The notes under the pieces are model-generated. The model ran no database searches. It saw nothing but the letters and a program-made list of their open reading frames with translations, and was not told where the DNA came from. DNA of 19,970 nt, taken from the NCBI GenBank assembly GCA_043228905.1, contig JBHGNT010000583.1, positions 1-19,970 on the forward strand, written 5' to 3'. The DNA is from Azolla caroliniana. Taxonomy: Eukaryota > Plantae > Polypodiophyta. How positions within the stretch are numbered: the first letter of the stretch is position 1; each line of letters begins with the position of its first letter. Positions 1 to 8,033 of the stretch are shown one piece after another. The translations under genes were made by a program, and so were the position numbers.

Positions 1-1037
1 ACAATGGTGCATAGCTTTAGATCTTTCCAACGCTTGACTTTCTTGATGTTCTTTTAATAACTTCTCATAATTGTTTATTTCTTCATATGTTTGTCCCACT
101 CTTTGCCATGCTTACTTGCACATACAGAACAAACACCCATTCTAACCTTACGGGGTATGATCACATTGTTAAACTTCAATCTCCATAATCGATTAAAATG
201 TCGGTATTGTATATAAGGTACACTTTCTAATAACATGTCATCCTTATACGCTTGGTACACTTCACGATGAGTGAAATTATCTGACAAATGTAATCTTCCA
301 GTGGTGGGTATAACATCACATTGCTTCGAGAAATATATCTCCATCCATCTCACGGCATGCCGCCCAATCAAACCGTTACATGCAAATTCTATATTGTTGA
401 AAGGTAGCCATGAGCCCTTATCTAATCAATGTTGAATTCTGTGGAGCCTCATGTTACCAATGCTATAAGCAATATTAAAAACTACTCAACAACTCTTCAT
501 ACTAAGTGAAAGGTAATATTCCACATGCAGAGAACTTGAAACTACCGTGTGTTCCTTAACAAGTTGCATATGTGAAATCAAGAAAGTATCTTGTTCGTCG
601 CCATTAAGTGACAAACACTTCTATCGCAAGGCCCTCAAGTTTACCTTTCCAAATTTTGAAAGACAAAGATTCCCACAACATGGCTTGCATATATCAAATG
701 CAATTAGGTGATCTGAACACAAAAAATTATATCTTTTAACACTCACTTGTCGAGGAACTCTTTGAAAATTCAGAGGCTTATTGACACAATCCTCGTCAAC
801 ATTAAATAAACTAGAATCCTCATGATTTGTAACTACTTTATTATTTCGTAGTCTACCTAAGTTAAAAGGTTCGATCGAAAAAAGTTAATTCGAACTTTGC
901 CCAACATCATCGTTGGACTCTACATGGCACCATTTATTATTTATATGGTTATATTCCTCGATAGAGAATAATGAGTTATCAGATAATTTAAAAGGCTCAA
1001 TGGAAAATAGAGAATTTCTACTCGAGGTTGAGGACAT
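1..1037 (-). pseudogene. N-terminal half of a Sola-like/DUF7869-type DDE transposase, degraded
   Basis: One frame runs from ATG 1037 through ORF 75..371 with in-frame stops at 885-887, 621-623, 486-488 and 426-428. It reads CKPCCGNLCLSKF...EQDTFL...YYL...SC*VVFNIAYSIGNMRL...AVRWMEIYFSKQCDVIP...LHL...EVYQAY...FNRLWRLKFNNVIIPRKVRMGVCSVC, then after frameshifts ...LLKEHQE.QALERSKAMHH. The CCxxxC, C..F..Y.I..R, F..LW..F..V.IP and CxxC...H...ER pattern is what I recall upstream of the DDE core in these transposases. The catalytic core is outside the window. Confidence 0.6.
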
Positions 1038-1386
1038 CTCGACTAAGGCTAACTAAGCTCAACTAGGTCGAAAATAGCTCAAAATCTTCTTCTATAATAA
1101 ATCAAATTCAAAAATATTTTTTTAAAATTAAAAAATAAATTAATAGAAAAAATTATATAAAGGAAAGGCCTCTTCTCATTGTCATTATCGCATTCAAGAA
1201 GCAAAAGAGCATAGGAGCATAGAGCATCCTAAACCTTCCGGTTTTGCCACCTGGTCAACTTGAGTTGACATCAGCATTATGAACAAGGGAAAGAAAATTG
1301 CCAAATATCTTCTTTGAACAGTTTTTTAAGATTCTCTAAAGATTCCCAAAAGATTCCATTCTATTTTTGTTCATTTTTTGCACCGA

Positions 1387-1555
1387 GAACTTGATGCAGT
1401 GCATCAAGCTCTCGTTGAAGGAGGGAGAACTTGATGCACTGTATCGAGTTCCCGTTGAAAGCGGGGTGCTTTCAACGAGAACTCGATGTAGTGCATCGAG
1501 TTCCCGTTGAAAGAGGGTGGTTATCAACGTGAACTTGATACACTGCATCGAGCTC
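1387..1555. repeat. Array of 4 palindromic units GAACTYGAT-N7-ATCRAGYTC (array A)
   Basis: Cores start at 1387, 1427, 1479 and 1531 (spacing 40, 52, 52). Arms extend outward as (T)TCAACG...CGTTGA(A). Confidence 0.92.
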
Positions 1556-1631
1556 ACGTTGAAAGAGGCAAATTTTATGATTGATATACTAGAAATAGTA
1601 ACTTTATTGCTATTTTATTAGCTTTTTTTAA

Positions 1632-3364
1632 GTGGAGATAAAGTCTAAGTCATGGAAAAGTGACTTAGTGATTGAAGAATTAGCCGAGGACATGAAGCTG
1701 CTTCCTTGGCGGTCATTGCAAGGTATAAAGGATGACAGATTATTAATATCTGTATTGTCAAGAGTGGCTGTCAAGGAGTTCAGCCTAGATGAAATGGTGA
1801 TAGAGTTTCAAAATTGAGTAATCTATGTGATAATTGTTGTTCATTGGATTGATTTGTTGATTTTCTCTTTATTCAAACCTTAGTTTCTTTTCTATTTTAG
1901 CCATAAGGTTTATATGAAAATACAAGAGTTGATGATGAAAAAGTTGTCCCTACCTACGTGGGAAGAAGTGGAGGAATCGTGCCCAAAAACATCATCATAC
2001 AAGGATCTTGAAGAATTCTTCATTGTGTTTAGAGAATGGGTATATATGTTTTACGAATATTAATTGATTTTTAGGATAATGGGTATCTTCTTGCAATACA
2101 TATAATTGCAGAAACCACCTCGCTCAAAGAAAATGGGTGACAACAATGAAGGCATACCAAGCGCCATGAAAAGAGAATGACAAAAGGAAAGGAGCTAAAG
2201 GTGCCTGAAGACTCCGATACTGTGAAAAGTTTTTTGCACAAGAGTGATCCTTTCCGACAATTGTACTATAGTGTATATAATGGTGATGTGGGTAATATGC
2301 TTGATATATTACCCAAGAAACATTATAGATTGCTCGTTGCGGATGTACCGTATGGATTTCGAATAACAGGCTCCACATACGACGATGTACCATACAAATA
2401 TCCGCAAATAGAGAAGATGGGAAAAGACTTTGCATAGCTGACCTAACTCCATTATGGAGCATTAGAATATTTCATAGTATGGGTCAGGCTTTATCGGTCA
2501 CTACTGCATTGAAGTCGAGATGACATGGCACCGAACACATGCATTGGTAAACTTTAAGTTGTTATATATTTAATGTATGGCTTCTATTGTACTTATGACA
2601 TATATATTGACTTGTTTCGATTCCATTACAAATAGGATTAAAATGAACATAACTCGTAGCCCAGGTGATCGAATGGTCAACGTTGTGGAGCATTTGTGGG
2701 TGGGGTACTACGACGATATTTCTAAGAAGAAGGCTCAGGCACATGTGAATGAACGGAACGTCGTCAACTATATCATGTGCCCAGCTATAACGAAGAAATT
2801 GCACCATGTGTCTGGAGACAAGTGTCTAGTAAACCAGTATCAAAAGTCCCAATGATTAATTAATCGATTGGTCGAGTTGTTCTCGAACCCTGATGATTGG
2901 GTGCTTGACTTATTCTCTGGAACAAGTATTCTCATATGTGTGATCAAATTTTCTTAAAATAAAATAGAATTTCCTGTCTTTGTTTTCTTACTTTTGCATC
3001 TATGATTGTTTATTTAAGAACAATGACTGTGTGCGCTCTCAAGTTGTTCAAGAACCGCGTTGCATTGGAGAAGGACCCCTCCCAAGTCAATTTTATTAAA
3101 ATCAGGATCCAAGGTATGTGGGATTGTCCCGACCAAGACCAAGAGGTTGGGGCAAAGCATATCAATGAAACTGAGATGTTTTAGCTGACCTCCAGAGAAA
3201 TGATGGAACCTATAGACGATGAAGGAGGGGACCTTGTCGACCTCGAAGATGCATTGGAGTCTGATCAAAGACAAGATTCAGCTGAGCAGACAGAACATGT
3301 AGATGCGACACAATTGTCAACTGATCTTGGAGAGCAGCGTATTCCAAACCTCCTAATGCAGTGA
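1632..3364 (+). pseudogene. Copy A: spliced beta-class N6-adenine/N4-cytosine DNA methyltransferase gene (N6_N4_Mtase-like), C-terminal part of a ParB-MTase fusion
   Basis: Exons about 1632-1813, 1901-2039, 2112-2546, 2636-2925 and ~3019-3364. Introns 2040-2111 and 2547-2635 are clean GT-AG. Motifs in order: YYSVYNGD, LLVADVPYG (DVPY 2342-2353, motif IV), W-I-K across an intron, VEHLWVGYY, NQYQKSQ*LINRLVELFSNPDDWVLDLFSGT (FSGT 2913-2924, motif I), [G]TMTVCALKLFKNRVALEKDPSQVNFIKIRI (motifs II-III), then an acidic tail ending at TGA 3362-3364. Several premature stops and frameshifts. Confidence 0.85.
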
Positions 3365-4191
3365 ATTGTATAATACTTTGTATTTGTAACTGAAAACTTG
3401 TTTTGAAATATAAGAACTTTTCGCTTGAGTACCATTTGTTTACACTATCCGATTGGTGTCTCGAACTTTCTGTGTCTATCATATCTTTGCAAAGATTGAC
3501 TCGTAAAGTATGTGGTTAAGTATAATTTTTATTGAATAGATGATGATGAACTTATCGATTGTATGACAAATGTTTATTATAATTGTTTCTTGATTAATAT
3601 AATTGAATTGAGCTTTACTCTAGGATTTATGTTGTCTTTAATCTTGGTTATTTAGTTTCAAGTAAACACAATAATATTGAGTCAATGTTGTTGCTCACTT
3701 GATAATTCATTCACGTTGTTCATGTATGATTGGCATATAATGTTCGTAGGGGTTTTTGGGAATGTGTGGTATATCGTGAGATATTCGTTTTTGAATTTTT
3801 TTCAAATTATATCAAAAAATCCTATTTACTAATTCGATATAACAATCGCTATAAGATTTAGAGACAAATATAGCAACAAAATTGAAGTACTAAATTTGTT
3901 GTCTTGGATTCGAATTTAACATTGTGTACAATAAAGCATATTACAATTATAGTTGGATGCATTCCCATAATCTTATCTAAGATCTGGATAAATTTGTATA
4001 CGAATTGAGAAAATATCGGTTAAATTAGAAATCTTGATAGTATTAACTACATTTTTGAGTGATGTTTTTAAAAATCATGTGCGCATGCGTGATAGATTCT
4101 TGAAAGTTTGTTAAAAAATGCTAATTCTTGACATCTAATGTATTTATCAATAAAGGAATGCGACATATTACCTGTTTCAAATGACCCGGTG

Positions 4192-5109
4192 TTAGTTCAA
4201 TTCTTGATGGTGCGAGCTAATCATGAGAGGAATCGAGATAGCCTCAAAGATGAGGCCTCGGTTTTTTAACACAGACTATTGAAGAATGGGGCAAAGATAG
4301 CTCGAGAAAAACTAGGTCCCAAAAAAGAAGAAGAAAGCAAGAAGGAAAAATATATTTAGCACCTAATGGTGCGTGTGGGATGACTACACTCAATGATAGA
4401 GAGAGAAGCGCCAAGTTCAAAGCTTTGAACATTGGTTAAAAGAACAAGGAATATTAGAAGAAGAAGACAACATATCATGGGTCATGAAGGAAGCCTCATT
4501 TAATGATACAATCAGAGAAATAGAGAGTATCATGGACTTGAGCCCTCATGAGCAACATACTATTCAAGTAAACTCCATCAACATGTATACCGCCATCGAC
4601 GAGTGCCGACAAGGGGTTATGGAGGAGTTGGTCAAAGTAAATACTAAATATAAAATAGTAGATAAGAAGGTCAAGCTGGTAGCTATTCCTTTATTGGAGG
4701 ATAGTTGGAAAAGGATGAAGGAAGTTACCAAGGATCCTAGTCTCATAGACCCAAAAGGGATAGGCCCTTCACTGACAAATTAAGAGGGAAACTCCAAGTC
4801 GGGAAGGATGACTTCCTTCTCCCAGAAGAAGAAGAAAGGTTTCAAATGATGCTTGCGAGACATGGAAAAGCCTTGACCTTCTCTCCACAAGAAATCGGAT
4901 GTGCAGACCCAAAGATAATAGAGCCGATGGTGATATTGAGGGTGCCGCATGTACCTTGGAACCTCAACCTGATACAAGTTCCAAGAGCTCACATTCCAAA
5001 GTTGATTGAGCTTCTAAAGGAAAAGGTTAGGATGGGAATTCTTGAGCCATCCAATGCTCCCTACTCCAATAGATGGTTTATGGTGCCGAAGAAGAACGGG
5101 TCCTTATGC
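4192..5109 (+). mobile_element. Ty3/gypsy pol fragment (post-protease linker and start of RT), degraded
   Basis: Reads VQFLMVRANHERNRD, then VNTKYKIVDKKVKLVAIPL, then EIGCADPKIIEPMVILRVPHVPW...LIELLKEKVRMGILEPSNAPYSNRWFMVPKKNGSL. This is the gypsy RT N-terminus, cut at 5110 by TGTCGAGG. Confidence 0.85.
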
Positions 5110-5670
5110 TGTCGAGGTAGTTGTGGTTCATGCGGCGAAGTCGTAGGGACTAAGGCTAAGGGGAGTTCGAGCAAATTTTTATAAGGATTGTGTGACAGTG
5201 TCACATAGGTTAAGGGTACGAGGAATAAAAGTTGAAAGTAATATGTGAGAGAGATATGAGTAAAGAGAAGAGATAGAGACAATGTATGATTAAAGAAGTA
5301 CGAGTATATGATAAGAATATGTACTATATTGAAAATCCAAGATTTTACCAACTTTACAATACTCGATCGCAGAGATGAAACTTTTCTCTATCAAACTCTG
5401 GATTTGAACCCTTAACTTCAACTTAAAGAGACAAGACACTTCCCGAATGAGAGAGATTCCTTGATTGATAAATTAAATTTTGATTTCTTTCTTTCTCTTA
5501 ATTGATTCCTTCTTTCTTTTCCTTTCACTCTTTTTATAGGTGCCCCATGCATACAATGCATGTGAGGGTACAAGACATGCATGCAATGCATGTGATGCAT
5601 GATTTCCATTTGGCATACATGCATTACATGTGCTGCATGGTAGACATCTCGCTCATTTGAGCTCTCATGC
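5110..5670 (-). mobile_element. Partial Ty3/gypsy-type LTR (3' part), inserted into the gypsy RT fragment
   Basis: On minus it ends ...CCTCGACA at 5110, like the ...CACGACA end of the LTR at 18078. Segment 5531-5670 (minus) aligns by eye with 17667-17800 (plus): CATGAGAGCT.AAATGAG...ATGCATGTCTTGTACCCTCA.ATGCAT...CTATAAAA. Confidence 0.7.
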
Positions 5671-7031
5671 ACATCCTTCACCGGAATGAGGTTGTCTTTG
5701 GCAAGCCTCTTCATCCCCTTCTCACTCATGTGACACAGTCTTTTGTGCCACAACTCACCTGCAGTGTCAAATGCTACGTTCACTTCTTCTCGGCATATCC
5801 GGGCATTCATCAAGTAAAGTGTGTTCATCTTCCGGGCTCAAGCCACTATCAAGCTTCACTTGGTGAACTTCATAACACCATTCCGGATGCTACCCGTGTA
5901 GCCTTCATCATCTAACCGACTGGCTGATATCAGGTTCAGTCGAACCTCCGGAATGTGTTGGACATCCTTTAGCAGCAATTTGCATCCCGTTGATGTCGTC
6001 AACAACACATCTCTTATGTCGATAATTCAACATGTACCTTCATTCCCCATTCGGACACAACCATGATCACCGGTTGTGTAGGATGAGACGCATTTCCGAT
6101 CCGGTGTCAAGTGGAACGACACTCCGGAATCGACAACCCACGTTGTCTCATCGCCGACTAGGTTTAACTCATTCTCCTCGGTAATGAGCATCAGTTCTTC
6201 TTCACTTGTCACGATTTGCGACGTTCCTTTCCGGTCCGAACTCTTCTTTAAATCGGTGGTGCCGGTTTCTTTCTCTTTCCAGAAGTGCCGACAATTCTTC
6301 TGGAAGTGTCCTGGCTTCCCGCAATAGAGGCACGTGGGCCTCCCCCTTGACTTCGACCTCATCCCCGACTTGTCCCGGTTTTGGGGATTCTCATACTGGC
6401 CTCTTCCCCGGTTCTGGTCATCTTCCGTGACCAAGGCCTTCGGATCGGTTCTAGACTCCTGGTCCTTCCGGAGAGCTTCTTCATCTAGCAAGCTTGATTT
6501 TACCCTTGCTAGGGACAACTGTTTTCCTTTAGGCCTGGCGTTGCCCAACGTGACAACTAACGTCTCCCAAGTATCCTGGAGGGAACCGAGCAGGAGCAAT
6601 GTGAGTACCTCATCGGCGAGAGGTAATTCCAACGAGGTTGCTTGGTGGATCAGTCCTTGGAAGGCATTCATGTGCTCCGCCATACTGGAGCCATCCTGGT
6701 ACCGGAGCCTCACTAGCTTCGGGAATACCGAAACCCGATTAACAACATTCTTGTTCTGGAACATGATGCCGATCTTCTCCGAGAGTTCTTAAGCCTTGCT
6801 CTCTTCATTGAAGTTGTTGTACAGGCTCATGTCGATGAAGCACCGGATGTATGCCGTCATCTTCATGTGCATCACCTCCCACACTGTGGCGTCGATCTTA
6901 TTCGGTCTCTTGTCCCCGAACTGAACTGGCAACCAAAGATCTTTAACCACCAGCATATCCCTCATCTTTGACTTCCACCTTGAGTAGTTGGAGCCGGTGA
7001 GCTTGTACATGCCGCCGAAAGATTCTTCCAT
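5666..7031 (-). pseudogene. Copia gag-protease-GAG-pre-integrase, with in-frame stops
   Basis: MEESFGGMYKLTGSNYSRWKSKMRDML (gag N-terminus), UBN2-like region, zinc knuckle CLYCGKPGHFQKNC, protease WVVDSGVSFH, and LWHKRLCHMSEKG. ORFs 6789..7031, 6027..6764 and part of 5418..5828 share one frame broken by stops. Confidence 0.92.
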
Positions 7032-7045
7032 TTCCCGTGTTGTTC

Positions 7046-7057
7046 GCTCTGATACGA
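7046..7057 (-). promoter_or_regulatory. Primer-binding site (initiator tRNA-Met), one mismatch
   Basis: Minus strand reads TCGTATCAGAGC versus canonical TGGTATCAGAGC, 3 nt after the LTR end CAACA. Confidence 0.85.
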
Positions 7058-7060
7058 GTT

Positions 7061-7558
7061 TGTTGAGAATAGCGCAGAGTATAGCTCGGCCACAACCGAG
7101 TAATGAATCACTTCAATGAGACTCAAACACAGAGATGGGAAGTGGAGAGTACACAAAGGAAATACACAGGATGTTTATGTGGAAAACCCAAATAGGGAAA
7201 AACCATGGGAGCCCACGGACTCCAACTATCACTATAGGAGAAAGGTACAATCAGAGCCTCGGAGGCAACGACCTCGAGCTTTGTATCTTCACCAACAGAC
7301 GGTTACAATAGAGTATATCTCTGTATCTCACACACACTCTCTCTATCGCTCTCTCTATACTACAATATAACAATAACAACCACTTTAAAGTGATTGCCCT
7401 AAGTCATACTTATACTTATGTGAACTTAGGGCTATTTACAAATATAGCCTCAATAGGCTTACTCAAAACATATTTACAGATATGTCTTCTCTTCCGGTTC
7501 CCACCGGGTCCTCTTTATTCATCACCGGATCCCATCCGGAGAGACTGATTTCCCAACA
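7061..7558 (-). repeat. 5' LTR of the truncated copia (498 bp)
   Basis: TGTTG...CAACA termini, adjacent PBS, and a GTGGAAAACCC...GGGAAAAACCATGGG block of the kind seen near Tork-like LTR ends. Confidence 0.85.
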
Positions 7559-8033
7559 ATCGAGGACTTCATAGAAGATATAGATTGAAATTTTGTAAAT
7601 TTGATCTATTTTGTTTTGGAACTTTATATATATTAGCTCTAATTTGATCTAATATGTTGTTAATGCTAGTTTACAAAGTTTCAAAAAGTGAATTTTGTTT
7701 ACAAAGTTAGTACATTTTTTGGTAAATATATATATTTAGTTTTTGGGCTCCAAAATTTCATGATTGATTTGATTTGGTATTGCGCTAGAATATTATTTAT
7801 TTATTTGGTATGCGCTAAAAAAATAATTCAACATGTTCCGGTTGACATTGTCGCTAGTAGGAACGTGGTCGGTTAAAATTTTAAAATTTTGGTTAGGTTC
7901 TTAAGAAGCAGGAAAATTTCCGGTAGGGGCTAGAGACTTTGCCTAACACTGCTCATGCGTAGAATAGAGCACACAGAGCCCAGAGCACACAACACCAATC
8001 GTCATCTCCCCGTTAGCATCTACCACGACAATC

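Larger units (their letters stand above)
1..4191. mobile_element. Putative DNA transposon (partial, runs off the left edge): Sola-like transposase on minus plus amino-methyltransferase cargo gene on plus
   Basis: Two divergent, similarly decayed AT-rich genes lie about 240 bp apart (ATG 1037 minus, putative ATG 1279 plus). An AT-rich 3' region ends abruptly at ...CAAATGACCCGGTG (4191), where gypsy pol coding sequence starts. The other terminus and a TSD are not in the window. Confidence 0.5.
5666..7558 (-). mobile_element. 3'-truncated Ty1/copia LTR retrotransposon (Tork/Tnt1-like)
   Basis: 5' LTR 7061-7558, degenerate Met PBS, then gag, protease and GAG-pre-integrase. Truncated at about 5666. 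Confidence 0.92.

Noticed and set aside
1336-1557. Small ORFs over the palindrome arrays (also 8170..8373)
   Set aside because: They are translations of the repeat units, with no coding signal.
2177-3184. C5-cytosine methyltransferase or MT-A70/METTL RNA methylase
   Set aside because: No PC catalytic motif or ENV motif, and no DPPW. Motif order and the DLFSGT[G] context fit the N6_N4 beta class.
1632-3364. Bacterial contamination or a restriction-modification system
   Set aside because: The MTase has GT-AG introns conserved between copies, is interleaved with plant LTR elements, and has no adjacent endonuclease.
5418-5828. 136-aa ORF with a His/Met/Cys-rich segment resembling a metal-binding protein
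   Set aside because: It is a chimera of copia GAG-pre-integrase and read-through into the CATG-rich LTR block.
7502-7510. CACCGGGTC, an inverted match to the putative terminus at 4183-4191
   Set aside because: Only 9 bp, inside the copia LTR among several CCGG-containing motifs, and in the wrong arrangement to bound the same element. Treated as chance.
7590-7820. Short direct repeats (AATTTGATCTA, GTTTACAAAGTT, ATTTGGTAT.GCGCTA, each twice) as subterminal repeats of the element carrying copy B
   Set aside because: Too few and too AT-rich to separate from chance, and no terminus could be identified because the copia LTR abuts at 7558.
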